NCBI GenBank assembly: GCA_963676565.1
Contig: OY781089.1
Location: 3,276,669-3,340,668 of the forward strand
Reading direction: 5' to 3'
Length of the DNA: 64,000 nucleotides
From: Halarcobacter sp.
GTDB taxonomy: Bacteria; Campylobacterota; Campylobacteria; Campylobacterales; Arcobacteraceae
In this document: positions 26,930 to 37,995 of the stretch, piece by piece
How positions within the stretch are numbered: the first letter of the stretch is position 1
How the letters are laid out: each line of letters begins with the position of its first letter
Notes under the pieces: model-generated
The model's database searches: none
Seen by the model: the letters and a program-made list of their open reading frames with translations, nothing else
Told to the model about the DNA's origin: nothing
Translations under genes and position numbers: made by a program

Positions 26930-27991
26930 TTACCGTATTTTTAAACTTAATAAAGCTAATAAATTTGCCATAAAAGATATTATCCAAAATCTTACAATGA
27001 TTTTATTTTCTTTCCAGCCCTTCTCTTCAAAGTGATGGTGTATTGGAGCCATTAAAAAAACCCTCTTTTTTCTAAGTTTATAAGAACCAACTTGTAATAT
27101 AACTGATACGGTTTCTATTACAAAGATTAAGCCTATTAAAACCAATAATATCTCTGACTTGGCAACAATTGCCATAAAACCCATAAATGCTCCAATTGGC
27201 AAAGACCCACTATCTCCCATAAATACTTGTGCAGGATGGCAGTTATACCAAAGGAATGCAATTAAAGAACCAATTAATGCAATACCAACAATGGTTAATT
27301 CCCCTGATGTTTTTATGTTTGGTAATAAAAGATAAGATGAGAAAATTGCATGTCCTGAAACATAAACAATTCCTGATAATGTTACAAAAGCCATAATAGA
27401 AGGAACTGTTGCAAGCCCATCAAGTCCATCTGTTAAATTTACTGCATTAGATGCAGCTACCATAACCAATATCCAAAAGGCTATTGCAAAATAACCCATA
27501 TCAAATAATGGAAATTTATAAAATGGGGTATATAAAGTTGTTGTATGATTAAAATAAAATAATATAAAAGAAACTAGAAATGCAAATAAAATCTGATAGA
27601 CTAACTTTGCCCTTGGACTTAAACCTGCATTGTTTTTATTTTTGGCAATCTTTGAATAATCATCCCTAAAACCTATATAAGAGAAAAATAAAATGGTTAA
27701 TATTCCAGCTATTGCATAAAAGTTGTCTAATTTTATAGTTAATAAAGAGGATACAATTGTTGATATTATAAAAATCACTCCACCCATAGTTGGAGTTCCC
27801 ATCTTATCTTTGTGGGAATCTGGAGCATATTCATAAATTGGTTGTGAAGCTTTTTTCGACCTAGCCCACCTTACAAATTTTGGTAAAAGATACATTGTCA
27901 AAATAAAAGAGATAAAAAAAGCAATACCAGCTCTTACTGATATATATTGAAAGATATTTATATTAAATTGTTCATAAAGCCAATAAAACAA
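26930..27991 (-). CDS. mraY: Phospho-MurNAc-pentapeptide translocase
   Basis: [36 protein letters not shown]. Confidence 0.98.
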   Translation of the reverse strand: MFYWLYEQFNINIFQYISVRAGIAFFISFILTMYLLPKFVRWARSKKASQPIYEYAPDSHKDKMGTPTMGGVIFIISTIVSSLLTIKLDNFYAIAGILTILFFSYIGFRDDYSKIAKNKNNAGLSPRAKLVYQILFAFLVSFILFYFNHTTTLYTPFYKFPLFDMGYFAIAFWILVMVAASNAVNLTDGLDGLATVPSIMAFVTLSGIVYVSGHAIFSSYLLLPNIKTSGELTIVGIALIGSLIAFLWYNCHPAQVFMGDSGSLPIGAFMGFMAIVAKSEILLVLIGLIFVIETVSVILQVGSYKLRKKRVFLMAPIHHHFEEKGWKENKIIVRFWIISFMANLLALLSLKIR

Positions 27992-28060
27992 ATTTTTTCC
28001 TCAAAGTAATAGAATAATTAAGATTCAACAAACTTACTTATCTTAAAAAAATAGTAGTAA

Positions 28061-28159
28061 GTTTTCATAGAAATATAAGCTGAAGCTTTCAGCAAATATA
28101 TCTCTATGTTTTCACAGAAACATAACTTGAAGCTTTCAGCAAATATATCTCTATGTTTT
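28061..28159. repeat. Tandem 47-bp direct repeat (2 copies plus 5 bp), each unit palindromic
   Basis: 28061-28107 gttttcatagaaatataagctgaagctttcagcaaatatatctctat and 28108-28154 gttttcacagaaacataacttgaagctttcagcaaatatatctctat (4 differences). Confidence 0.9.
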
Positions 28160-28210
28160 GATATAATCGCGCAGATTATAGTACAATATATATTTTAAAA
28201 GGTTTAAACA

Positions 28211-29686
28211 ATGAGCAAAAAAACATTACTTGTGATAACTGATGGTATAGGATTTAACGAGTCTTCAAATCATAATGCTTTTAAAAATGCAGATACACCA
28301 ACATATGATTATTTATTTGAAAATGTTCCATATTCTTTAATTCATACATATGGTGAACATGTAGGATTACCAGATGGGCAAATGGGAAATAGTGAAGTTG
28401 GGCACATGACAATAGGAAGTGGTAGAGTACTTTATCAAGATTTAGTAAAAATCAATATTGCTATTGAAAATGACACTCTAAAAGAGAATGAAGTGGTTAA
28501 ATCTACAGTAGAAAACTCTAATAATATCCATTTAATAGGACTTGTTAGTGATGGTGGTGTTCATTCACATATTAATCATATTATAGCTTTAGCAAAAATA
28601 TCAAAAGTAATGGGTAAAAAAGTTTTTATTCATGTTATAACTGATGGTAGAGACGTTGCGCCTAATTGTGCTGGTAAATATGTACAACAGATTATTGATA
28701 TTTGTGATGAAGATATAAAAATCGCTACTATTTCTGGAAGATATTACTCTATGGATAGAGATAATAGATGGGAAAGGGTTCAAAAAGGTTATGATGCAAT
28801 TGTTTTTGCAACACCTAAAACAAATGAAAATATTTTAGATTTAATTGAAAACTCTTACAAAGAAGATATCTTTGATGAATTTATAGTTCCAACTGCCTTT
28901 GAAGGGTATGAAGGATTTAGTGAAAATGATGGAGTAATTTTCTGTAACTTTAGAAGTGATAGAGCAAGGGAATTATCAACTGCAATAGCAAGCTCAGACT
29001 TTGAAGAGTTTAAAACTTTTAAAGGTGCTTTAAATGTTGCAACAATGACACAATATGATAAGAACCTTCCTTTACCAATTATCTTCCCAAAAGAGACACC
29101 AAAAAATACCTTAGCAGAAGTTATATCTAATGCAGGTTTATCACAACTTCATACAGCTGAAACAGAAAAATATGCCCATGTTACATTTTTCTTTAATGGA
29201 GGAGTTGAAGAACCAGTATTAAATGAAACAAGAGTTTTAATCCCAAGTCCAAAGGTTGCTACATATGATGAAAAACCTGAGATGAGTGCACCAGAAGTTG
29301 GAGTTGAAGTTCAAAAAGCAATGGACAATGAAACAGATTTTATTGTAGTAAACTTTGCAAATGGTGATATGGTTGGACACACTGGCGTTTATGAAGCAGG
29401 AGTTAAAGCTGTTGAAGCTGTTGATAAAGAGTTAGGATTAATTATTCAAAAAGCAAAAGAGAAAGATTACAATCTAATATTAACAAGTGACCATGGAAAT
29501 TGTGAAATGATGAAAGATGAAAGTGGAAAAACTTTAACAAACCACACAGTTGGAGATGTGTTTTGTTTTGTAATGGCAAAAAATGTAGATAAAGTAAATA
29601 CAGGTAGCTTAAATAATATTGCACCAACTGTTTTAAAATTAATGGATTTAGAGATTCCAGCAGAAATGGATGAGGCTTTAGTTTAA
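28211..29686 (+). CDS. gpmI: 2,3-BPG-independent phosphoglycerate mutase
   Basis: GQMGNSEVGH, SDGGVHSH, AETEKYAHVTFF, TSDHGN. Confidence 0.98.
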   Translation: MSKKTLLVITDGIGFNESSNHNAFKNADTPTYDYLFENVPYSLIHTYGEHVGLPDGQMGNSEVGHMTIGSGRVLYQDLVKINIAIENDTLKENEVVKSTVENSNNIHLIGLVSDGGVHSHINHIIALAKISKVMGKKVFIHVITDGRDVAPNCAGKYVQQIIDICDEDIKIATISGRYYSMDRDNRWERVQKGYDAIVFATPKTNENILDLIENSYKEDIFDEFIVPTAFEGYEGFSENDGVIFCNFRSDRARELSTAIASSDFEEFKTFKGALNVATMTQYDKNLPLPIIFPKETPKNTLAEVISNAGLSQLHTAETEKYAHVTFFFNGGVEEPVLNETRVLIPSPKVATYDEKPEMSAPEVGVEVQKAMDNETDFIVVNFANGDMVGHTGVYEAGVKAVEAVDKELGLIIQKAKEKDYNLILTSDHGNCEMMKDESGKTLTNHTVGDVFCFVMAKNVDKVNTGSLNNIAPTVLKLMDLEIPAEMDEALV

Positions 29687-29690
29687 ATTT

Positions 29691-30389
29691 ATGATTAATG
29701 CTGTAGAAATAAAAAAACTAAAAATTACTACTAAAGAGCAAGAGTTAGTAAATATAGATTTTAAGATAGAAGACTCTACAGCTTTAATAGGTCAAAGTGG
29801 AAGTGGTAAATCTTTAACACTAAAAACTATTTTAAATCTACTGCCCTCAAATTTAAAACTTGATTTTGATGTGAATTCAAGTTTTGAATTAAATAGTTCA
29901 AATATAGGATTTATTCCTCAAAATCCATTTACTTCTTTATCCCCCATGACAAAAATTAAAAATCAGTTCTTTTGTGAGGAAAATAAGAAAAAAGAGCTTT
30001 TTCAGATTGTAGGTCTAGAAGAAAAGTTCTTAGAAAGATTCCCTTCTCAATTAAGTGGAGGGCAACTTCAAAGAGTAGTTATTGCAATAGCATTAAGTAA
30101 TGATATAAAACTACTTTTATTGGATGAACCTACAACAGCTTTAGATGAAAAATCAAAACAAATAGTTTTAGACTTGATAAAAAAACTTCAAGATGAACTA
30201 AATATTTTAATACTTTTTGTTACACACGATATTAACTCCATAAGAGATATTTGTAAAAATATTGTTATTATAAAAGATGGAACTGTAATAGAAAAAGGTA
30301 AAACAATTGAAATTTTATCTTTACCAAAAACAGAATATACAAAAGCATTAATCAACTCAACTTTTGAAAACAAAGAATTTAGGAAATAA
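29691..30389 (+). CDS. ABC transporter ATP-binding protein (peptide/nickel type)
   Basis: GQSGSGKS, LSGGQLQR, LLLLDEPTTALD, H-loop. Confidence 0.93.
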   Translation: MINAVEIKKLKITTKEQELVNIDFKIEDSTALIGQSGSGKSLTLKTILNLLPSNLKLDFDVNSSFELNSSNIGFIPQNPFTSLSPMTKIKNQFFCEENKKKELFQIVGLEEKFLERFPSQLSGGQLQRVVIAIALSNDIKLLLLDEPTTALDEKSKQIVLDLIKKLQDELNILILFVTHDINSIRDICKNIVIIKDGTVIEKGKTIEILSLPKTEYTKALINSTFENKEFRK

Positions 30390-30391
30390 GT

Positions 30392-32395
30392 ATGATGAAA
30401 TATATTTTCACCTTTATATTATTAATTACAATTGGTGTAGCTGTATGGCTACTAAACTTATATAATGATATTAGATTTGATATTAATCAGGTAGTTAACT
30501 ATAACCCGAAAAAAACTACTCAAATTTTTGATAAAAAAGGGAAACTAATTGCAAATATTTTTGACAAAGAGCATAGACTTTATGTTAAATACGAAGATAT
30601 ACCAGCAAGGGTTATTGAAGCTTTAGTTGCCATTGAAGATACACAATTTTTTGAACACTCAGGAGTAAATCCTGATGCAATTTCAAGAGCAATGATAAAA
30701 AATATAAAAGCTGGTGGATACGCTGAGGGAGCAAGTACATTAACACAACAATTAATTAAACAAGTTGTTCTTAGTAGAGAAAAAAAATTAATTAGAAAAA
30801 TAAAAGAAGCTCTACTTGCTATTAGATTAGAAACCATTTTAACAAAAGAAGAGATTTTAGAGCGATATTTAAATCAAGTTTATTTTGGACATAGTTATTA
30901 TGGGATAAAAACTGCTTCGCAAGGATATTTTAGAAAAAATCTTTATGAACTAAATATCAAAGAGATTGCTATATTAGTTGGACTTCCTAAAGCACCAAGT
31001 TTTTATGACCCAACAAGAAATTTAAAATTTACCTTAACAAGAGCAAATCAAGTTGTTAAAAGAATGCATACTTTAGGATGGATTAATAAATCTGAATATG
31101 AATATGCAATTAATTATGTTCCAGAAGTTTTTGATGATACATTAACAAAAAATAAGGCACCTTATGTAGTTGATTACACCTTAAAACTTTTAAAAGATGA
31201 TATTCCAGATATTAAAACTGGGGGATATAAAGTAAACCTAACCATAGATTTAGATGCACAAGAGATTGCACGAGAGGCTTTAACATTTGGTTATAATGGT
31301 ATATTAAAAAGGGATGAAAAACTTCAAAAAAATCCTAGAAATAATGTTGATAAAAACGGTCAAGCTGTTGAAGAAAAGTATTTTGTTAACTCTCTAAATG
31401 GTGCTATGATTTCAATAGAAAATGATACAGGAAAAATTTTAGCTTTAGTTGGTGGTGTTGATTATCAAGAATCATCTTTTAATAGAGTTATTCAAAGTAG
31501 AAGGCAACCTGGATCTGCAGTTAAACCATTTCTATACCAAACAGCATTAGATGTAGGATATTCTCCAGCTTCACAATTAGTTGATATTGGTAGAACTTAT
31601 GATTATAAAGACAATGAAGGTAATGAAAAAAAATGGCAACCTAAAAATTATGGTGGAAAATTCAAAGGTTTAATTACTCTAAGAGAATCATTAATTAAAT
31701 CAAGAAACCTTGCAACAATTAACCTTGTAACTGATGTTGGTATCAATGAGATGTATAAAGGATTAGAATCTTTTGGAATAACTGATATGCCTAGAGATTT
31801 ATCAATAACATTAGGTTCTTTTTCAATTTCTCCAATTAATTTAAGTAAAGCATATAGTGTATTTTCAAATGATGGTGTTCAAGTTACACCATATATTATA
31901 AACTCAATTGTTGATTTTAAAGATAATATTATAAACTTTGAACCTCAAACAAAATTTATAAAATCTCCCGAACAAATCTTTTTAATGAAATCTATTTTAC
32001 AAGATGTCGTAAAAAGAGGAACAGGAAGAAGAGCAAATGTTGAGGGGATAGAACTTGCAGGAAAAACTGGTACTACAAATGATAATATAGATGCATGGTT
32101 TTGTGGATTTTCACCTTCAATTCAAACTATAGTTTGGTATGGAAATGACGATAATACACCAATGAGGAAAAGTGAAGGGGGTGGAACAACTGCTGCTCCT
32201 GCTTTTTCTTACTTTTACAATAAATATTTAGAGGTTCATCCTGAAATAAGAAGAGAATTTTCTAAACCTGAGGGTGTAAAAACTTCAATTATCAACGGTA
32301 AAGAAGAGTATTATACAAAGCAATCTCCACTTCCTGAAATTGAAACACCACAAGTTATAGAAAAAAATATCCAAGGTGAAGTTATAGAATTTTAA
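30392..32395 (+). CDS. Class A penicillin-binding protein 1A
   Basis: AIEDTQFFEH, GASTLTQQL, RKIKE, SAVK, SRN, KTG motifs. Confidence 0.96.
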   Translation: MMKYIFTFILLITIGVAVWLLNLYNDIRFDINQVVNYNPKKTTQIFDKKGKLIANIFDKEHRLYVKYEDIPARVIEALVAIEDTQFFEHSGVNPDAISRAMIKNIKAGGYAEGASTLTQQLIKQVVLSREKKLIRKIKEALLAIRLETILTKEEILERYLNQVYFGHSYYGIKTASQGYFRKNLYELNIKEIAILVGLPKAPSFYDPTRNLKFTLTRANQVVKRMHTLGWINKSEYEYAINYVPEVFDDTLTKNKAPYVVDYTLKLLKDDIPDIKTGGYKVNLTIDLDAQEIAREALTFGYNGILKRDEKLQKNPRNNVDKNGQAVEEKYFVNSLNGAMISIENDTGKILALVGGVDYQESSFNRVIQSRRQPGSAVKPFLYQTALDVGYSPASQLVDIGRTYDYKDNEGNEKKWQPKNYGGKFKGLITLRESLIKSRNLATINLVTDVGINEMYKGLESFGITDMPRDLSITLGSFSISPINLSKAYSVFSNDGVQVTPYIINSIVDFKDNIINFEPQTKFIKSPEQIFLMKSILQDVVKRGTGRRANVEGIELAGKTGTTNDNIDAWFCGFSPSIQTIVWYGNDDNTPMRKSEGGGTTAAPAFSYFYNKYLEVHPEIRREFSKPEGVKTSIINGKEEYYTKQSPLPEIETPQVIEKNIQGEVIEF

Positions 32396-32419
32396 TGAAT
32401 TTAGAAAAATTGAACATAA

Positions 32420-32451
32420 AAAAAGGCTAGTCTAAATAGACTAGCCTTTTT
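32420..32451. terminator. Bidirectional intrinsic terminator
   Basis: AAAAAGGCTAGTCTA-aa-TAGACTAGCCTTTTT between convergent PBP1A and glnA. Confidence 0.9.
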
Positions 32452-32470
32452 AATTTCTATTCTTAAATTA

Positions 32471-33898
32471 TTAACAAGAATAAGTTGATTTAAACTCGAA
32501 TGCAGTTGGTCTAGCTTCGTCTGGCCAAACTTGTGTTTCAAATTTATAATGTTGATATGTATCAATCATATCTTGTGAGAATACAGGTTGTAAGAACTCA
32601 TTATCTCTAATTAATGCTTCTAATGAACCTCTTAATGTATGAGGCATTTGAGGAATTTTTCTCTCTCTAATTTCATCTAATTCTAATTCAAATAAATCGT
32701 CATCCATTGGACCAACAGGTTCATATTTATTATTAATTCCATCAAGACCAGCCATTAACATAGCAGCAAATGCTAAATATGGGCAAGCAGTTGAATCTGG
32801 GAATCTCATCTCAATTCTTGTTGCCATTTCACCTGCACCATAAGGAATTCTACAAGATGCAGATCTGTTTTGTGAAGAATAAGTTAAAATTGAAGGAGCT
32901 TCAAATCCTGGAATTAATCTTTTGTATGAGTTTGTTGAAGGATTTGTGAATGCTGCAACAGCTCTTGCATGTTTAAATACACCACCAATATAGTGTCTTG
33001 CAGTTTCACTTAAGTTACCATATTCACCTTCAGAATAGAATGTATTTTTACCATCTTTCCATACAGATTGGTGTACGTGCATTCCGTTTCCATTATCTCC
33101 AAATAGTGGTTTTGGCATAAATGTACAAGATTTACCATTTAAGTGAGCTACCATTTTACATACATATTTATATTTTTGTACGTTGTCTGCTGCTTCAACT
33201 AGAGTTCCAAATTTAACTCCAATTTCACCTTGTGCTTGAGCAACTTCGTGGTGTCCTAAAGTAACTTCTAATCCAACTTGCTCTAATACTTGCATCATTT
33301 CTGCTCTTAAGTCTACCATTGAGTCAGTTGGTTGAACTGGGAAATATCCACCTTTAGTTCTAGGTCTATGACCCATATTACCACCTTCATAATCAGTAGC
33401 ATCTGACCAACAACCCTCTTCTGAATCTACTCTATAATAAGATTCATTGATATCATCAACAATTTTTACATCATCAAAAATAAAGAATTCATTTTCAGGT
33501 CCAAAATATGCTACGTCTCCTAATCCAGACTCAGAAAGATGAGTTAATGCTTTTTTAGCAATTGATCTTGGACATTTTTCATACATTTCACCTTTGTAGA
33601 TATCATAAACATCACAAAATAAAATAATTGTAGAATCAGCAGTAAATGGATCTAAGAAAGCAGTTTCAACATCTGGCTTTAAAATCATATCTGATTTGTT
33701 AATTGGTTGCCAAGCATCAACAGAAGAACCATCAAATGGCATACCATTTTCTAACATTTTTTCATCAATAGCACTTAACATATAAGTTAAGTGATGCCAC
33801 ATACCTTTCATATCTGTAAATCTAAGATCTACAAATTTAACTTCGTTTTCCTCACAATATTTGAAAAATTCTTCAGTATTGTTAACAAATTTACCCAT
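32471..33898 (-). CDS. glnA: Glutamine synthetase type I
   Basis: [43 protein letters not shown]. Confidence 0.99.
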   Translation of the reverse strand: MGKFVNNTEEFFKYCEENEVKFVDLRFTDMKGMWHHLTYMLSAIDEKMLENGMPFDGSSVDAWQPINKSDMILKPDVETAFLDPFTADSTIILFCDVYDIYKGEMYEKCPRSIAKKALTHLSESGLGDVAYFGPENEFFIFDDVKIVDDINESYYRVDSEEGCWSDATDYEGGNMGHRPRTKGGYFPVQPTDSMVDLRAEMMQVLEQVGLEVTLGHHEVAQAQGEIGVKFGTLVEAADNVQKYKYVCKMVAHLNGKSCTFMPKPLFGDNGNGMHVHQSVWKDGKNTFYSEGEYGNLSETARHYIGGVFKHARAVAAFTNPSTNSYKRLIPGFEAPSILTYSSQNRSASCRIPYGAGEMATRIEMRFPDSTACPYLAFAAMLMAGLDGINNKYEPVGPMDDDLFELELDEIRERKIPQMPHTLRGSLEALIRDNEFLQPVFSQDMIDTYQHYKFETQVWPDEARPTAFEFKSTYSC

Positions 33899-34020
33899 GT
33901 TTTAAACTCCTATAAAATTATTAGGAATATTGTATCCAAATAAAAGAAAACTAAGATAAATTATCTGTATAAAAAATATACAAAGAAATATTTTTTATAA
34001 TATTTTTTCAACTAATATGT

Positions 34021-34815
34021 CTAAAAATTAACTAACTTTATATCTCTATTTTTGAAGATTGCACATTGTTTATAACCTATATTTTGTGCAATTTTTATCA
34101 CTTCATCATATTTAAAACCAATTTGGTCAATACTATGTGCATCTGAAGAGAAAGTTATTGGTATGTTAAGTTCAAATGCCAGTTCTAATAAATCATAAGA
34201 TGGGTATTGTTCTTTTACTGGTTTTCTAAGTCCAGCGGCATTAATTTCAATAACCATATTTGATTTTTTTATTTCAGCCATTGCGTCTTGTGCAAGAAGT
34301 TTTATATCTTTTGTGGGAAGAAAGTTAAATACTTTTATTAAATCTAAGTGACCAACAATGTCAAATTTTCCAGATTTTGCAAGAAGTTTTAAAGCGTAAA
34401 AATATTCTTCCCAAATTTTATTAATATCTCTATTTTTGTATTCAGAAATAAACTCAGGATTATCAAATCCCCATTTCCCAAGATAATGAACAGAACCAAT
34501 TAAATAGTCAACCTTTGAATTAATCACCTCATCTAAAAGATAATCACCCTCAATAAAGTCAACTTCATAACCAAGTAAAATATTGATTTGATTTTCATAT
34601 TTCTTTTTAATATCTATAATAGAAGATTCATAAAAATCTTTTTTTTCAATTACTAATCTATATCCATCTTCAAAATTCTTCATTGGTGCATGTTCAGAAA
34701 AACCATAAAAATCTATTCCTAAATCTATAGCTTTTTGAACATACTCTTCAATTGAACCTTGGGCATGATTACATAGTGTAGTATGGTTATGAAGATCTAC
34801 TCTAAATTTTTCCAT
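34021..34815 (-). CDS. PHP-family histidinol-phosphatase (HisJ/HisK-like)
   Basis: DLHNHT..CNHA, SEH, IGSVH, GHLD, SDAH. Confidence 0.88.
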   Translation of the reverse strand: MEKFRVDLHNHTTLCNHAQGSIEEYVQKAIDLGIDFYGFSEHAPMKNFEDGYRLVIEKKDFYESSIIDIKKKYENQINILLGYEVDFIEGDYLLDEVINSKVDYLIGSVHYLGKWGFDNPEFISEYKNRDINKIWEEYFYALKLLAKSGKFDIVGHLDLIKVFNFLPTKDIKLLAQDAMAEIKKSNMVIEINAAGLRKPVKEQYPSYDLLELAFELNIPITFSSDAHSIDQIGFKYDEVIKIAQNIGYKQCAIFKNRDIKLVNF

Positions 34816-34823
34816 TAATTATC

Positions 34824-35270
34824 CTAGTTTAGTAAGCCTGCACCATTAATTGCTGTACTTCTATCTTTTGCATATACTCTTTTTCCATCAATAATGTCAT
34901 ATTTCCAAATGGGAGCAGCAGCTTTAAAATCTTCAACAAACTCATCAATCATTTCTAAAGCAACTCTTCGTTTAGGTGAACAAACAGCAGCTATATATGA
35001 ACTTTCATGGTTTAATACATCTCCCCTACTATGAGCCATTAAAACTATTGCATTTTTTTCATTCGCTTTTTTTTGCCATGAATCAAACCAAGATTGTAAA
35101 ATTGGTTCATAAATATCAAAACTTAAACCATCAATTCCATTCTCATCTCTTACAACACCATTAAATGTAATAATTGCTCCAAAATTAGAATTTTTAAATT
35201 CATCAAACCATTGTGAATTTATCTTATTTACATCAAGTGGACCATCACAAAGAATTAGTTTATCTTCCAT
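34824..35270 (-). CDS. moaE: Molybdopterin synthase catalytic subunit
   Basis: GAIITFNGVVR, FKAAAPIWK; start ATG 35270 just after the moaD stop. Confidence 0.93.
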   Translation of the reverse strand: MEDKLILCDGPLDVNKINSQWFDEFKNSNFGAIITFNGVVRDENGIDGLSFDIYEPILQSWFDSWQKKANEKNAIVLMAHSRGDVLNHESSYIAAVCSPKRRVALEMIDEFVEDFKAAAPIWKYDIIDGKRVYAKDRSTAINGAGLLN

Positions 35271-35271
35271 T

Positions 35272-35493
35272 TTATCCACCACATACAGGAGGAAGTAAAG
35301 ATACTTTGTCACCATCATTCAAAGAAATATCTTTTGAAGAAACCATAGTATCATTAACTGCCACAGCACAAGTTTCTAACCATGTTGAAACCTCACTATC
35401 ACTTTTCAATATTTCACTTAACTCAACAAGATTTTTTATCTCTACTTTAATAGGCTCTTTATTTATTGGTCCTAAAAATTCTACAGTTACCAA
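35272..35493 (-). CDS. moaD: Molybdopterin sulfur carrier
   Basis: AVAVND...GDKVSLLPPVCGG with C-terminal GG. Confidence 0.95.
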   Translation of the reverse strand: MVTVEFLGPINKEPIKVEIKNLVELSEILKSDSEVSTWLETCAVAVNDTMVSSKDISLNDGDKVSLLPPVCGG

Positions 35494-35563
35494 ATTAACC
35501 CCTTATTTACATATTTTGGAGTATTATATCGAATTTAATTTAATCTAAGGATGACACAAGTCA

Positions 35564-36223
35564 ATGAAATTTGCTAAAATAGATTTTATAAACCTTTTAC
35601 CTTTTCACATATATATTAAGAAAAGAATTCAATCAAGTCAAGTTAAATCAATAATTCAATATAAAAAATCTTACCCATCGTATATAAATAAAAAGTTCAA
35701 AACTAGAAAAGTTGATTCTGCATTTATCTCATCAATTGCATCAAGGGGAGAAAAAAAATTAGACCTTGGAATTATTGCAAGAAAAGATGTACAATCAGTT
35801 ATTGTAGTCCCAGGGAAGAAAAAAGATGATTACCAAAGTGAAACCTCAAATGCTTTAGCAAAAATTTTAAAACTTGAAGGTCAAGTTTTAATTGGAGATA
35901 AAGCATTAAAGTTTTTTCATGATAATCCAGATGTTGAAGTGATTGACCTTGCAATAGCATGGCAAAATAAATATAATTTGCCATTTGTTTTTGCAACACT
36001 ATGTTATTGCAAAAATAGAAAAATACTAGAAAAAATTATTCGTAACTTTAATAAAAAACATATTAAAATTCCGCAATATATTTTAGAGCAATACTCCAAA
36101 AGATCTGGTGTCTCAAAAAAACACATAATTGAATACCTAAAAAGAATTGATTATGATATTGGTATAAAAGAGAAAAGAGCACTTAAAAAGTTTTTGAGTT
36201 TAGCCAAAAAAGAAGGGATTTAA
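35564..36223 (+). CDS. mqnA: Chorismate dehydratase (futalosine pathway)
   Basis: [26 protein letters not shown]....LPFVFA. Confidence 0.85.
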   Translation: MKFAKIDFINLLPFHIYIKKRIQSSQVKSIIQYKKSYPSYINKKFKTRKVDSAFISSIASRGEKKLDLGIIARKDVQSVIVVPGKKKDDYQSETSNALAKILKLEGQVLIGDKALKFFHDNPDVEVIDLAIAWQNKYNLPFVFATLCYCKNRKILEKIIRNFNKKHIKIPQYILEQYSKRSGVSKKHIIEYLKRIDYDIGIKEKRALKKFLSLAKKEGI

Positions 36224-36990
36224 TGACATTTTATGACTCAATTATATTAGGTATTATTGAAGGTGTTACAGAGTTTTTACCAATTTCATCAACTGGACAT
36301 TTGATTGTTGCAAGTGAATTTCTTGGAATTGACCAAACAAATGTAAATAAAGCTTATGAAGTAATTATTCAATTTGCTGCTATTTTAGCAGTAATATTAA
36401 ACTATCCATCAAAGTTTACTTTTAAACATATTGATCTTTGGACAAAAGTTTTAATTGCATTTTTACCAATTGCAGCTATCGGATTTATTTTTTCAAAACA
36501 AGTTAAGGCTATGTTTTCCCTTGAAATTGTAGCAGTTATGTTTATAGTTGGGGGAATTGTCTTTTTAATAGTTGAAAAATTTTATGATGAATCAAAACAC
36601 ACTACAAGTGATGTTGAAGATGTAACATACAAACAATCATTATATATTGGACTTGCTCAAATTTTTGCATTAATACCTGGTACATCAAGAGCTGGGTCTT
36701 CAATAATTGGAGCGATGTTAGTAGGACTAAATAGAAAAGCAAGTGCTGAATTTAGTTTCTTACTTGCCTTTCCTGTAATGTGTGCAACTACAGGTTATGA
36801 TTTATTAAAACACCATGAAGAATTACTTATTTCTGGGAATCTTTTAAATCTTGCAATTGGTTTTATTGTCTCTTTTATAGTTGCCTTTTTAGCGATTAAA
36901 GTATTCCTGAAATTCTTGGAAAATTTTACCTTTGTAGCCTTTGGTATCTATAGAATAATATTTGGTATTCTTTTATTAACTTTTGCTTAA
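36223..36990 (+). CDS. uppP: Undecaprenyl-diphosphate phosphatase
   Basis: [28 protein letters not shown]. Confidence 0.97.
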   Translation: MTFYDSIILGIIEGVTEFLPISSTGHLIVASEFLGIDQTNVNKAYEVIIQFAAILAVILNYPSKFTFKHIDLWTKVLIAFLPIAAIGFIFSKQVKAMFSLEIVAVMFIVGGIVFLIVEKFYDESKHTTSDVEDVTYKQSLYIGLAQIFALIPGTSRAGSSIIGAMLVGLNRKASAEFSFLLAFPVMCATTGYDLLKHHEELLISGNLLNLAIGFIVSFIVAFLAIKVFLKFLENFTFVAFGIYRIIFGILLLTFA

Positions 36991-37995
36991 TATATAATTC
37001 ACAATTGACTCAGCTCCATTACAATGGATTGAGTCAACTAACCTTTTGCTAAGTTTAAAATTATCCTTTTTTAAAACATCAATTAAAACATCTTCAGTCA
37101 AATCATTTTCTCTACAAATATAGCAAAAATCTTTTTCTTCTAAGAATTTGGCATTTGTATATTGGTGGTCTTTTGCTGCATATGGATAAGGTATAAATAA
37201 AGTTGGTAGAGAGTTTGCACATAATTCCCATAATGTTGAAGCCCCTGCCCTACTTACTGCAAAGTCTGCTTCATTCATTTTTTTTGAAAGTTCTTTTGTA
37301 AAAGCAAAAACATCTGCCTCTATTTCAAGTTTTTTATACTCTTCTTGTACTCTTTCAAAATCACTACTACCTGTTTGATGAATAATCTTTATTCCTATAC
37401 TATTTAGTTTTAAAGCTGTTTTTAAAGCAAAGTTATTAATTGCATGTGCTCCTTGAGAGCCCCCTAAAAATATTATTGTTCTAAATTGATCTCTAATTCT
37501 AGCATTATCAAAAAACTCATTTGAAACAGGATAATCTTTTATTACAGAATTAGGATCAAAAGATGAAAAAACTTCACTTGCAAATTTTGAAGTGATTTGA
37601 TTTAATCTTCCCATTACTGAGTTTTGTTCATGGATATAAAGTTTGCAACCAAATGCTAAAATTGAAGCAAAGGTTGCAGGAGCTGCAGAAAAACCACCAA
37701 CAGAAATCACAGTTCCAACATCATACTTATCAAAGATATCAAAACATCTATTCATGGCTTTTAAAATTGCAAAAAGTGATTTTATTTTTCCAAAACCTTT
37801 TTTATTTACTACACCCTTTGTATCTAAAAAAAATGCTTTTTTTAATCTTTTGTCATTTTCAAACCATTGTTTATCTTGTCCATTTACTGAACCAATAAAA
37901 ATTGGTTTTATTCCTCTATTTGAATACTCCTCGATTAAAGAGTCAGCAACTTTAAGATGCCCTCCTGTTCCACCACCTGTAATTACAACTCTCAT
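36976..37995 (-). CDS. murG: Lipid I GlcNAc transferase MurG
   Basis: [32 protein letters not shown]. Confidence 0.97.
   Translation of the reverse strand: MRVVITGGGTGGHLKVADSLIEEYSNRGIKPIFIGSVNGQDKQWFENDKRLKKAFFLDTKGVVNKKGFGKIKSLFAILKAMNRCFDIFDKYDVGTVISVGGFSAAPATFASILAFGCKLYIHEQNSVMGRLNQITSKFASEVFSSFDPNSVIKDYPVSNEFFDNARIRDQFRTIIFLGGSQGAHAINNFALKTALKLNSIGIKIIHQTGSSDFERVQEEYKKLEIEADVFAFTKELSKKMNEADFAVSRAGASTLWELCANSLPTLFIPYPYAAKDHQYTNAKFLEEKDFCYICRENDLTEDVLIDVLKKDNFKLSKRLVDSIHCNGAESIVNYILSKS

Noticed and set aside
28061..28159. CRISPR interpretation of the 47-bp repeat
   Set aside because: Two contiguous copies, no spacer, no cas genes in window.
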